Of a DNA stretch of 64,000 bases, positions 9,770 to 25,400 are shown piece after piece. The DNA comes from Squalus acanthias (Eukaryota): positions 124,001-188,000 of the forward strand of contig JASTWF010000364.1 of NCBI GenBank assembly GCA_030390025.1. The letters run 5' to 3'. Under the pieces are notes generated by a model. It worked only from the letters and a program-made list of their open reading frames with translations. It was not told the DNA's origin and did no database searches. A program made the position numbers and the translations under genes. How positions within the stretch are numbered: the stretch's first letter is position 1; the number at the start of each line of letters is the position of its first letter.

Positions 9770-10318
9770 CTGTAGGAGGAGATCAATCTAACAGTTACCC
9801 ATTAACGTATAGCATCGGCTCTCCTTACACCTTGTACTCCACTAAAAACATTAACTTTTATTACAATATTTGATTAAAGGAGGAATCCCAGGTGCTTTCT
9901 CCACTTATATTCAATACACAGAGGTCATTGTTCCAACAATATCCCACATCCCAGGGCAAACTCACGGTTCGATTATCACTTACTCAATGAAACAAATAAG
10001 TTTCAAAGCGAATGTTTAACAGTTGCTGACTGTGGCTTTTTACTGCTTTGGAGAGACACAGTTAGTAAGCTTCCGTCATCAGAGCAGGTCACTGCATGCT
10101 GCTGCCCTCCAAAATACTAGCAGCAACTTCACATATTAATAACTGCTGTTGGCAACACAGGGGCTCATTAAAATACCTTGTGTCAGTGATTACAACAAAG
10201 AGGCGTTTTCTCATTGGGAGCGAGAGGAAAACTTGCTTACACACAACTCCAACAGACGTGGTGGAACAGTGAGAGGAAAACACAAACATAGGAATCTACT
10301 CGGCTCCCTCTGGCTCAC

Positions 10319-10397
10319 CCTTCAGTTCACACACCGGCTTTCCACATCTGGAACGAGGTTCTAATCCATCCCCAACAGAAGGGTAAAGATCGCCTCG
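10319..10397 (-). other. Candidate exon of an unidentified host gene
   Basis: Minus strand: possible acceptor CCCCATCACAG, one open frame RGDLYPSVGDGLEPRSRCGKPVCELK, donor G|GTGAGC. The acceptor choice is ambiguous. Confidence 0.2.
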
Positions 10398-10478
10398 CTG
10401 TGATGGGGACTAGGGACTGTAATGGGTCAGAAACTGCGACTCCGAATATACTACAGAATAACAGAGTCCTGCAAATCC

Positions 10479-13400
10479 TATATAATAACACACCGTGTGT
10501 TACCGGGTATAACGCTCCTGTATATATTATATAACACACCGTGTGTTACCGGGTATAACGCTCCTGTATATATTATATAATAACACACACCGTGTTACTG
10601 GGTGTAACGCTCCTGTATATATTATATAATAACACACCGTGTGTTACTGGGTGTAACGCTGCTGTATATATTATATAATAACACACCGTGTGTTACTGGG
10701 TGTAACGCTGCTGTATATATTATATAATAACACACCGTGCGTTACTGGGTGTAACGCTGCTGTATATATTATATAATAACACACCGTGCGTTACTGGGTG
10801 TAACGCTCCTGTATATATATTATATAATAACACACCGTGCGTTACTGGGTGTAACGCTCCTGTATATATCATATAATAACACACCGTGCGTTACTGGGTG
10901 TAACGCTCCTGTATATATCATATAATAACACACCGTGCGTTACTGGGTGTAACGCTCCTGTATATATCATATACTAACACACCGTGCGTTACTGGGTGTA
11001 ACGCTCCTGTATATATCATATACTAACACACCGTGCGTTACTGGGTGTAACGCTCCTGTATATATCATATACTAACACACCGTGCGTTACTGGGTGTAAC
11101 GCTCCTGTATATATCATATACTAACACACCGTGCGTTACTGGGTGTAACGCTCCTGTATATATCATATACTAACACACCGTGCGTTACTGGGTGTAACGC
11201 TCCTGTATATATCATATACTAACACACCGTGCGTTACTGGGTGTAACGCTCCTGTATATATCATATACTAACACACCGTGCGTTACTGGGTGTAACGCTC
11301 CTGTATATATCATATACTAACACACCGTGCGTTACTGGGTGTAACGCTCCTGTATATATCATATACTAACACACCGTGCGTTACTGGGTGTAACGCTCCT
11401 GTATATATCATATACTAACACACCGTGCGTTACTGGGTGTAACGCTCCTGTATATATCATATACTAACACACCGTGCGTTACTGGGTGTAACGCTCCTGT
11501 ATATATCATATACTAACACACCGTGCGTTACTGGGTGTAACGCTCCTGTATATATCATATACTAACACACCGTGCGTTACTGGGAGTAACGCTCCCGTAT
11601 ATATCATATACTAACACACCGTGCGTTACTGGGTGTAACGCTCCCGTATATATCATATAATAACACACCGTGCGTTACTGGGTGTAACGCTCCCGTATAT
11701 ATCATATACTAACACACCGTGCGTTACTGGGTGTAACGCTCCCGTATATATCATATAATAGCACTCCGTGCGTTACTGGGTGTAACGCTCCCGTATATAT
11801 CATATAATAACACACCGTGCGTTACTGGGTGTAACGCTCCCGCATATATCATATAATAACACACCGTGCGTTACTGGGTGTAACGCTCCCGCATATATCA
11901 TATAATAACACACCGTGCGTTACTGGGTGTAACGCTCCTGTAAATATTATATAACACACCGTGCGTTACTGGGTGTAACGCTCCTGTATATATCATATAC
12001 TAACACACCGTGCGTTACTGGGTGTAACGCTCCTGTATATATCATATAATAACACACAGTGCGTTACTGGGTGTAACGCTCCTGTATATATCATATAATA
12101 ACACTCCGTGCGTTACTGGGTGTAACGCTCCTGTATATATCATATAATAACACACCGTGCGTTACTGGGTGTAACGCTCCTGTATATATCATATAATAAC
12201 ACACCGTGCGTTACTGGGTATAACGCTCCTGCATATATCATATAATAACACACCGTGCGTTACTGGGTATAACGCTCCTGCATATATTATATAATAACAC
12301 ACCGTGCGTTACTGGGTATAACGCTCCTGCATATATTATATAATAACTCACCGTGCGTTACTGGGTATAACGCTCCTGTATATATGATATAATAACACAC
12401 CGTGCGTTACTGGGTATAACGCTCCAGTATATATTATATAATAACACACCGTGCGTTACTGGGTATAACGCTCCTGTATATATTATATAATAACTCACCG
12501 TGCGTTACTGGGTATAACGCTCCTGTATATATTATATAATAACACACCGTGCGTTACTGGGTATAACGCTCCTGTATATATTATATAATAACACACCGTG
12601 CGTTACTGGGTATAACGCTCCTGTATATATTATATAATAACACACACCGTGTTACTGCGTCTAATGCTCCTGTATATATTATATAATAACACACCGTGCG
12701 TTACTGGGTATAACACTCCTGTATAAATATTATATAATAACACAGCGTGTGTTATTGGGTATAACACTCCTGTATATATTATATAATAACACACCGTGCG
12801 TTACTGGGTATAATGCTCCTGTAAATATTATATAATAACACACACCGTGTTACTGGGTATAACGCTCCTGTATTTATAATATAATAACACACACTGTGTT
12901 ACTGGGTATAACGCTCCTGTATAAATATTATATAATAACACAGCGTGTGTTATTGGGTATAACGCTCCTGTATATATTATATAATAACACACCGTGTGTT
13001 ACTGGGTATAACACTCCTGTATATATTATATAATAACACGCCGTGCGTTACTGGGTATAACGCTCCTGTATATATTATATAATAACACAGCGTGTGTTAC
13101 TGGGTATAACGAAACTGTATATATTATATAATAACACACCGTGCGTTACTGGGTATAACACTCCTGCATATATTATATAATAACACAGCGTGTGTTACTG
13201 GGTATAACGAAACTGTATATATTATATAATAACACACCGTGTGTTACTGGGTATAACACTCCTGTATATATTATATAATAACACACCGTGTGTTACTGGG
13301 TATAACACTCCTGTATATATTATATAATAACACACCGTGTGTTACTGGGTATAACGCTCCTGTATATATTATATAATAACACACTGTGTGTTAACGGGTA

Positions 13401-16400
13401 TAACGCTCCTGCATATATTATATAATAACACACTGTGTGTTACTGGGTGTAACGCTCCTGTATATATTATATAATAACACACCGTGCGTTACTGGGTGTA
13501 ACGCTGCTGTCTATATTATATAATAACACACCGTGTTACTGGGTATAACGCTCCTGTATATATTATATAATAACACACCGTGTGTTACTGGGTTTAATGC
13601 TCCTGTATATATTCTATAATAACACACCGTGTGTTACCGGGTATAACACTCCTGTATATATTATATAATAACACACCGTGTGTTACTGGGTATAACGCTC
13701 CTGTATACATTATATAATAACACACCGTGTGTTACTGGGTATAACGCTCCTGTATATATTATATAATAACACACCGTGCGTTACTGGGCATAACGCTCCT
13801 GTATATATTATATAATAACACACCGTGCATTACTGGGTATAACGCTCCTGTATATATTATATAATAACACACCGTGTTACTGGGTATAACGCTCCTGTAT
13901 ATATCATATACTAACACACCGTGCGTTACTGGGTGTAACGCTCCTGTATATATCATATACTAACACACCGTGCGTTACTGGGTGTATCGCTCCTGTATAT
14001 ATTATATAATAACACACCGTGTGTTACTGGGTATAACACTCCTGTATATATTATATAATAACACACCGTGTGTTACTGGGTATAACACTCCTGTATATAT
14101 TATATAATAACACACCGTGTGTTACTGGTATAACACTCCTGTATATATTATATAATAACACACCGTGTGTTACTGGGTATAACACTCCTGTATATATTAT
14201 ATAATAACACACCGTGTGTTACTGGGTATAACACTCCTGTATATATTATATAATAACACACCGTGTGTTACTGGGTATAACACTCCTGTATATATTATAT
14301 AATAACACACCGTGTGTTACTGGGTATAACACTCCTGTATATATTATATAATAACACACCGTGTGTTACTGGGTATAACACTCCTGTATATATTATATAA
14401 TAACACACCGTGTGTTACTGGGTATAACGCTCCTGTATAAATATTATATAATAACACAGCGTGTGTTACTGGGTATAACGCTCCTGTATAAATATTATAT
14501 AATAACACACACTGTGTTACTGGGTATAACGCTCCTGTATAAATATTATATAATAACACAGCGTGTGTTATTGGGTATAACGCTCCTGTATATATTATAT
14601 AATAACACACCGTGTGTTACTGGGTATAACACTCCTGTATATATTATTTAATAACACGCCGTGCGTTACTGGGTATAACGCTCCTGTATATATTATATAA
14701 TAACACAGCGTGTGTTACTGGGTATAACGAAACTGTATATATTATATAATAACACACCGTGCGTTACTGGGTATAACACTCCTGCATATATTATATAATA
14801 ACACAGCGTGTGTTACTGGGTATAACGAAACTGTATATATTATATAATAACACACCGTGTGTTACTGGGTATAACACTCCTGTATATATTATATAATAAC
14901 ACACTGTGTGTTAACGGGTATAACGCTCCTGCATATATTATATAATAACACACTGTGTGTTACTGGGTGTAACGCTCCTGTATATATTATATAATAACAC
15001 ACCGTGCGTTACTGGGTGTAACGCTGCTGTCTATATTATATAATAACACACCGTGTTACTGGGTATAACGCTCCTGTATATATTCTATAATAACACACCG
15101 TGTGTTACCGGGTGTAACGCTCCTGTATATATCATATACTAACACACCGTGCGTTACCGGGTGTAACGCTCCTGTATATATCATATACTAACACACCGTG
15201 CGTTACCGGGTGTAACGCTCCTGTATATATCATATACTAACACACCGTGCGTTACCGGGTGTAACGCTCCTGTATATATCATATACTAACACACCGTGCG
15301 TTACTGGGTGTAACGCTCCTGTATATATCATATAATAACACACCGTGCGTTACTGGGTGTTACGCTCCTGTATATATCATATACTAACACACCGTGCGTT
15401 ACTGGGTGTAACGCTCCTGTATATATCATATAATAACACTCCGTGCGTTACTGGGTGTAACGCTCCTGTATATATCATATAATAACACTCCGTGCGTTAC
15501 TGGGTATAACGCTCCTGTATATATTATATAATAACACACCGTGCGTTACTGGGTATAACGCTCCTGTATATATTATATAATAACACACCGTGCGTTACTG
15601 GGTATAACGCTCCTGTATATATTATATAATAACACACCGTGTGTTACTGGGTATAACGCTCCTGTATATATTATATAATAACACACCGTGCGTTACTGGG
15701 TATAACGCTCCTGCATATATTATATAATAACACACCGTGCGTTACTGGGTTAACACTCCTGTATATATTATATAATAACACACCGTGCGTTACTGGGTAT
15801 AACGCTCCTGTATATATCATATAATAACACACCGTGTGTTACTGGGTATAACGCTCCTGTATATATTATAATAACACATCGTGCGTTACTGGGTATAACG
15901 CTCCTGTATATATTATATAATAACACACCGTGTGTTACTGGGTATAACGCTCCTGTATATATTATATAATAACACACCGTGTGTTACTGGGTATAACGCT
16001 CCTGTATATATTATATAATAACACTCCGTGCGTTACTGGGTATAACGCTCCTGTATATATTATATAATAACACACCGTGTGTTACTGGGTATAACACTCC
16101 TGTATATATTATATAATAACACACCGTGCGTTACTGGGTATAACGCTCCTGTATATATTATATAATAACACAGCGTGTGTTACTGGGTATAACGCTCCTG
16201 TATAAATATTATATAATAACACACCGTGTGTTACTGGGTATAACGCTCCTGTATATATTATATAATAACACACCGTGTGTTACTGGGTATAACACTCCTG
16301 TATATATTATATAATAACACACCGTGCGTTACTGGGTATAACGCTCCTGTATATATTATATAATAACACAGCGTGTGTTACTGGGTATAACACTCCTGTA

Positions 16401-19400
16401 TATATTATATAATAACACACCGTGCGTTACTGGGTATAACACTCCTGTATATATTATATAATAACACACCGTGTGTTACTGGGTATAACGACTCTGTATA
16501 TATTATATAATAACACACCGTGTGTTACTGGGTATAACACTCCTGTATATATTATATAATAACACACCGTGTGTTACTGGGTATAACACTCCTGTATATA
16601 TTATATAATAACACACCGTGTGTTACTGGGTATAACGCTCCTGTATATATTATATAATAACACACTGTGTGTTACTGGGTATAACGCTCCTGCATATATT
16701 ATATAATAACACACTGTGTGTTACTGGGTATAACGCTCCTGTATATATTATATAATAACACACCGTGCGTTACTGGGTGTAACGCTCCTGTCTATATTAT
16801 ATAATAACACACCGTGTTACTGGGTATAACGCTCCTGTATATATTATATAATAACACACCGTGTGTTACTGGGTATAACTGCTCCTGTATATATTATATA
16901 ATAACACACGTGTGTTACTGGGTATAACACTCCTGTATATATTATATAATAACACACCGTGTGTTACTGGGTATAACGCTCCTGTATATATTATATAATA
17001 ACACACCGTGTGTTACTGGGTATAACGCTCCTGTATATATTATATAATAACACACCGTGCGTTACTGGGTATAACGCTCCTGTATATATTATATAATAAC
17101 ACACCGTGCATTACTGGGTATAACGCTCCTGTATATATTATATAATAACACACCGTGTTACTGGGTATAACGCTCCTGTATATATCATATACTAACACAC
17201 CGTGCGTTACTGGGTGTAACGCTCCTGTATATATCATATACTAACACACCGTGCGTTACTGGGTGTATCGCTCCTGTATATATCATATACTAACACACCG
17301 TGCGTTACTGGGTGTAACGCTCCTGTATATATCATATACTAACGCACCGTGCGTTACTGGGTGTAACGCTCCTGTATATATCATATACTAACACACCGTG
17401 CGTTACTGGGTGTAACGCTCCTGTATATATCATATAATAACACTGCGTGCGTTACTGGGTGTAACGCTCCTGTATATATCATATAATAACACTCCGTGCG
17501 TTACTGGGTGTAACGCTCCTGTATATATCATATAATAATACTCCGTGCGTTACTGGGTGTAACGCTCCTGTATATATCATATAATAACACACCGTGCGTT
17601 ACTGGGTGTAACGCTCCTGTATATATCATATAATAACACACCGTGCGTTACTGGGTGTAACGCTCCTGCATATATCATATAATAACACACCGTGCGTTAC
17701 TGGGTATAACGCTCCTGTATATATTATATAATAACACACCGTGTTACTGGGTATAACGCTCCTGTATTTATTATATAATAACACACACTGTGTTACTGGG
17801 TATAACGCTCCTGTATAATATTATATAATAACACAGCGTGTGTTATTGGGTATAACGCTCCTGTATATATTATATAATAACACACCGTGTGTTACTGGGT
17901 ATAACACTCCTGTATATATTATATAATAACACGCCGTGCGTTACTGGGTATAACGCTCCTGTATATATTATATAATAACACAGCGTGTGTTACTGGGTAT
18001 AACGACTCTGTATATATTATATAATAACACACCGTGCGTTACTGGGTATAACACTCCTGTATATATTATATAATAACACACGTGTGTTACTGGGTATAAC
18101 GACACTGTATATATTATATAATAACACACCGTGTGTTACTGGGTATAACACTCCTGTATATATTATATAATAACACACTGTGTGTTACGGGTATAACGCT
18201 CCTGTATTTATTATATAATAACACACTGTGTGTTACTGGGTATAACGCTCCTGTATATATTATATAATAACACACCGTGCGTTACTGGGTATAACGCTCT
18301 GTATATATTATATAATAACACACCGTGTTACTGGGTATAACGCTCCTGTATATATTATATAATAACACACCGTGTGTTACTGGGTATAACGCTCCTGTAT
18401 ATATTATATAATAACACACCGTGTGTTACTGGGTATAACGCTCCTGTATATATTATATAATAACACACCGTGTGTTACTGGGTATAACGCTCCTGTATAT
18501 ATTATATAATAACACACCGTGTGTTACTGGGTATAACGCTCCTGTATATATTATATAATAACACACCGTGTGTTACTGGGTATAACGCTCCTGTATATAT
18601 TATATAATAACACACCGTGTGTTACTGGGTATAACGCTCCTGTATATATTATATAATAACACACCGTGTGTTACTGGGTATAACGCTCCTGTATATATTA
18701 TATAATAACACACCGTGTGTTACTGGGTATAACGCTCCTGTATATATTATATAATAACACACCGTGTGTTACTGGGTATAACGCTCCTGTATATATTATA
18801 TAATAACACACCGTGTGTTACTGGGTATAACGCTCCTGTATATATTATATAATAACACACCGTGTGTTACTGGGTATAACGCTCCTGTATATATTATATA
18901 ATAACACACCGTGCGTTACTGGGTATAACGCTCCTGTATATATTATATAATAACACACCGTGTGTTACTGGGTATAACGCTCCTGTATAAATATTATATA
19001 ATAACACACCGTGCGTTACTGGGTGTAACGCTCCTGCATATATCATATAATAACACACCGTGCGTTACTGGGTGTAACGCTCCTGCATATATCATATAAT
19101 AACACACCGTGCGTTACTGGGTGTAACGCTCCTGCATATATCATATAATAATACACCGTGCGTTACTGGGTGTAACGCTCCTGTAAATATTATATAACAC
19201 ATCGTGCGTTACTGGGTGTAACGCTCCTGTATATATCATATACTAACACACCGTGCGTTACTGGGTGTAACGCTCCTGTATATATCATATACTAACACAC
19301 CGTGCGTTACTGGGTGTAACGCTCCTGTATATATCATATAATAACACTGCGTGCGTTACTGGGTGTAACGCTCCTGTATATATCATATAATAACACTCCG

Positions 19401-22400
19401 TGCGTTACTGGGTGTAACGCTCCTGTATATATCATATAATAACACACCGTGCGTTACTGGGTGTAACGCTCCTGCATATATCATATAATAACACACCGTG
19501 CGTTACTGGGTGTAACGCTCCTGCATATATCATATAATAACACACCGTGCGTTACTGGGTGTAACGCTCCTGCATATATCATATAATAATACACCGTGCG
19601 TTACTGGGTGTAACGCTCCTGTAAATATTATATAACACACCGTGCGTTACTGGGTGTAACGCTCCTGTATATATCATATACTAACACACCGTGCGTTACT
19701 GGGTGTAACGCTCATGTATATATCATATAATAACACTCCGTGCGTTACTGGGTGTAACGCTCCTGTATATATCATATAATAACACACCGTGCGTTACTGG
19801 GTGTAACGCTCCTGTATATATCATATAATAACACACCGTGCTTTACTGGGTATAACGCTCCTGTATATATTATATAATAACACACCGTGCGTTACTGGGT
19901 ATAAAGCTCCTGTATATATTATATAATAACACACCGTGCGTTACTGGGTATAACGCTCCTGTATATATTATATAATAACTCACCGTGCGTTACTGGGTAT
20001 AACGCTCCTGTATATATTATAATAACACACCGTGCGTTACTGGGTATAACGCTCCTGTATATATTATATAATACACACCGTGCGTTACTGGGTATAACGC
20101 TCCTGTATATATTATATAATAACACACCGTGCGTTACTGGGTATAACGCTCCTGTATATATTATATAATAACACACCGTGCGTTACTGGGTATAACGCTC
20201 CTGTATATATTATATAATAACACACCGTGCGTTACTGGGTATAACGCTCCTGTATATATTATATAATAACACACCGTGCGTTACTGGGTATAACGCTCCT
20301 GTATACATTATATAATAACACACCGTGTGTTACTGGGTATAACGCTCCTGTATATATTATATAATAACACACCGTGCGTTACTGGGTATAACGCTCCTGT
20401 ATATATTATATAATAACACACCGTGCTTACTGGGTATAACGCTCCTGTATATATTATATAATAACACACCGTGTTACTGGGTATAACGCTCCTGTATATA
20501 TCATATACTAACAGACCGTGCGTTACTGGATGTAACGCTCCTGTATATATCATATACTAACACACCGTGCGTTACTGGGTGTATCGCTCCTGTATATATC
20601 ATATACTAACACACCGTGCGTTACTGGGTGTAACGCTCCTGTATATATCATATACTAACACACCGTGCGTTACTGGGTGTAACGCTCCTGTATATATCAT
20701 ATACTAACACACCGTGCGTTACTGGGTGTAACGCTCCTGTATATATCATATAATAACACTGCGTGCGTTACTGGGTGTAACGCTCCTGTATATATCATAT
20801 AATAACACTCCGTGCGTTACTGGGTGTAACGCTCCTGTATATATCATATAATAACACTCCGTGCGTTACTGGGTGTAACGCTCCTGTATATATCATATAA
20901 TAACACACCGTGCGTTACTGGGTGTAACGCTCCTGTATATATCATATAATAACACACCGTGCGTTACTGGGTGTAACGCTCCTGCATATATCATATAATA
21001 ACACACCGTGCGTTACTGGGTATAAAGCTCCTGTATATATTATATAATAACACACACCGTGTTACTGGGTATAACGCTCCTGTATAATATTATATAATAA
21101 CACAGCGTGTGTTACTGGGTATAACGCTCCTGTATATATTATATAATAACACACCGTGTGTTACTGGGTATAACACTCCTGTATATATTATATAATAACA
21201 CGCCGTGCGTTACTGGGTATAACGCTCCTGTATATATTATATAATAACACACCGTGTGTTACTGGGTATAACGCTCCTGTATATATTATATAATAACACA
21301 CCGTGCGTTACTGGGTATAACACTCCTGTATATATTATATAATAACACACCGTGTGTTACTGGGTATAACGATCCTGTATATATTATATAATAACACACC
21401 GTGTGTTACTGGGTATAACACTCCTGTATATATTATATAATAACACACTGTGTGTTACTGGGTATAACGCTCCTGTATATATTATATAATAACACACCGT
21501 GCGTTACTGGGTGTAACGCTGCTGTCTATATTATATAATAACACACCGTGTTACTGGGTATAACGCTCCTGTATATATTCTATAATAACACACCGTGTGT
21601 TACCGGGTATAACGCTCCTGTATATATTATATAATAACACACCGTGTGTTACCGGGTGTAACGCTCCTGTATATATTATATAATAACACAGCGTGTGTTA
21701 CTGGGTATAACGAAACTGTATATATTATATAATAACACACCGTGTGTTACTGGGTATAACACTCCTGTATATATTATATAATAACACACTGTGTGTTAAC
21801 GGGTATAACGCTCCTGCATATATTATATAATAACACACTGTGTGTTACTGGGTGTAACGCTCCTGTATATATTATATAATAACACACCGTGCGTTACTGG
21901 GTGTAACGCTGCTGTCTATATTATATAATAACACACCGTGTTACTGGGTATAACGCTCCTGTATATATTCTATAATAACACACCGTGTGTTACCGGGTAT
22001 AACGCTCCTGTATATATTATATAATAACACACCGTGTGTTACCGGGTGTAACGCTCCTGTATATATTATATAATAACACACCGTGCGTTACCGGGTGTAA
22101 CGCTCCTGTATATATTATATAATAACACACCGTGCGTTACCGGGTGTAACGCTCCTGTATATATCATATACTAACACACCGTGCGTTACCGGGTGTAACG
22201 CTCCTGTATATATCATATACTAACACACCGTGCGTTACTGGGTGTAACGCTCCTGTATATATCATATACTAACACACCGTGCGTTACTGGGTGTAACGCT
22301 CCTGTATATATCATATAATAACACACCGTGCGTTACTGGGTGTAACGCTCCTGTATATATCATATACTAACACACCGTGCGTTACTGGGTGTAACGCTCC

Positions 22401-25400
22401 TGTATATATCATATAATAACACTGCGTGCGTTACTGGGTGTAACGCTCCTGTATATATCATATAATAACACTCCGTGCGTTACTGGGTGTAACGCTCCTG
22501 TATATATCATATAATAACACACCGTGCGTTACTGGGTGTAACGCTCCTGTATATATTATATAATAACACACCGTGCGTTACTGGGTATAACGCTCCTGTA
22601 TATATTATATAATAACACACCGTGCGTTACTGGGTATAACGCTCCTGTATATATTATATAATAACACACCGTGCGTTACTGGGTATAACGCTCCTGTATA
22701 TATTATATAATAACACACCGTGCGTTACTGGGTATAACGCTCCTGTATATATTATATAATAACTCACCGTGCGTTACTGGGTATAACGCTCCTGTATATA
22801 TTATATAACACACCGTGCGTTACTGGGTATAACGCTCCTGTATATATTATATAATACACCGTGCGTTACTGGGTATAACGCTCCTGTATATATTATATAA
22901 TAACACACCGTGCGTTACTGGGTATAACGCTCCTGTATATATTATATAATAACACACCGTGCGTTACTGGGTATAACGCTCCTGTATATATTATATAATA
23001 ACACACCGTGTGTTACTGGGTATAACGCTCCTGTATATATTATATAATAACACACCGTGTGTTACTGGGTATAACGCTCCTGTATATATTATATAATAAC
23101 ACACCGTGTGTTACTGGGTATAACACTCCTGTATATATTATATAATAACACACCGTGTGTTACTGGGTATAACGCTCCTGTATATATTATATAATAACAC
23201 ACCGTGTGTTACTGGGTATAACACTCCTGTATATATTATATAATAACACACCGTGTGTTACTGGGTATAACGCTCCTGTATATATTATATAATAACACAC
23301 CGTGTGTTACTGGGTATAACGCTCCTGTATATATTATATAATAACACACCGTGTGTTACTGGGTATAACACTCCTGTATATATTATATAATAACACACCG
23401 TGTGTTACTGGGTATAACACTCCTGTATATATTATATAATAACACACCGTGTGTTACTGGGTATAACGCTCCTGTATATATTATATAATAACACACCGTG
23501 TGTTACTGGGTGTAACGCTCCTGTATATATCATATAATAACACTGCGTGCGTTACTGGGTGTAACGCTCCTGTATATATCATATAATAACACTCCGTGCG
23601 TTACTGGGTGTAACGCTCCTGTATATATCATATAATAACACACCGTGCGTTACTGGGTGTAACGCTCCTGTATATATCATATAATAACACACCGTGCGTT
23701 ACTGGGTGTAACGCTCCTGCATATATCATATAATAACACACCGTGCGTTACTGGGTATAATGCTCCTGTAAATATTATATAATAACACACACCGTGTTAC
23801 TGGGTATAACGCTCCTGTATAATATTATATAATAACACAGCGTGTGTTACTGGGTATAACGCTCCTGTATATATTATATAATAACACACCGTGTGTTACT
23901 GGGTATAACACTCCTGTATATATTATATAATAACACGCCGTGCGTTACTGGGTATAACGCTCCTGTATATATTATATAATAACACAGCGTGTGTTACTGG
24001 GTATAACACTCCTGTATATATTATATAATAACACACCGTGTGTTACTGGGTATAACACTCCTGTATATATTATATAATAACACACCGTGTGTTACTGGGT
24101 ATAACACTCCTGTATATATTATATAATAACACACCGTGTGTTACTGGGTATAACACTCCTGTATATATTATATAATAACACACCGTGTGTTACTGGGTAT
24201 AACACTCCTGTATATATTATATAATAACACACTGTGTGTTACTGGGTATAACACTCCTGTATATATTATATAATAACACACCGTGTGTTACTGGGTATAA
24301 CACTCCTGTATATATTATATAATAACACACCGTGTGTTACTGGGTATAACACTCCTGTATATATTATATAATAACACACCGTGTGTTACTGGGTATAACA
24401 CTCCTGTATATATTATATAATAACACACCGTGTGTTACTGGGTATAACGCTCCTGTATATATTATATAATAACACACCGTGTGTTACTGGGTATAACGCT
24501 CCTGTATATATTATATAATAACACACCGTGCGTTACCGGGTGTAACGCTCCTGTATATATTATATAATAACACACCGTGCGTTACTGGGTGTAACGCTCC
24601 TGTATATATCATATACTAACACACCGTGCGTTACTGGGTGTAACGCTCCTGTATATATATATACTAACACACCGTGCGTTACTGGGTGTAACGCTCCTGT
24701 ATATATTATATAATAACACACCGTGCGTTACTGGGTGTAACGCTCCTGTATATATCATATACTAACACACCGTGCGTTACTGGGTGTAACGCTCCTGTAT
24801 ATATCATATAATAACACTGCGTGCGTTACTGGGTATAACGCTCCTGTATATATCATATAATAACACTCCGTGCGTTACTGGGTGTAACGCTCCTGTATAT
24901 ATCATCTAATAACACACCGCGCGTTACTGGGTGTAACGCTCCTGTATATATCATATAATAACACACCGTGCGTTACTGGGTGTAACGCTCCTGTAAATAT
25001 TATATAACACACCGTGCGTTACTGGGTGTAACGCTCCTGTATATATCATATACTAACATACCGTGCGTTACTGGGTGTAACGCTCCTGTATATATCATAT
25101 AATAACACTCCGTGCGTTACTGGGTGTAACGCTCCTGTATATATCATATAATAACACACCGTGCGTTACTGGGTGTAACGCTCCTGTATATATCATATAA
25201 TAACACACCGTGCTTTACTGGGTATAACGCTCCTGTATATATTATATAATAACACACCGTGCGTTACTGGGTATAACGCTCCTGTATATATTATATAATA
25301 ACACACCGTGCGTTACTGGGTATAAAGCTCCTGTATATATTATATAATAACACACCGTGCGTTACTGGGTATAACGCTCCTGTATATATTATATAATAAC

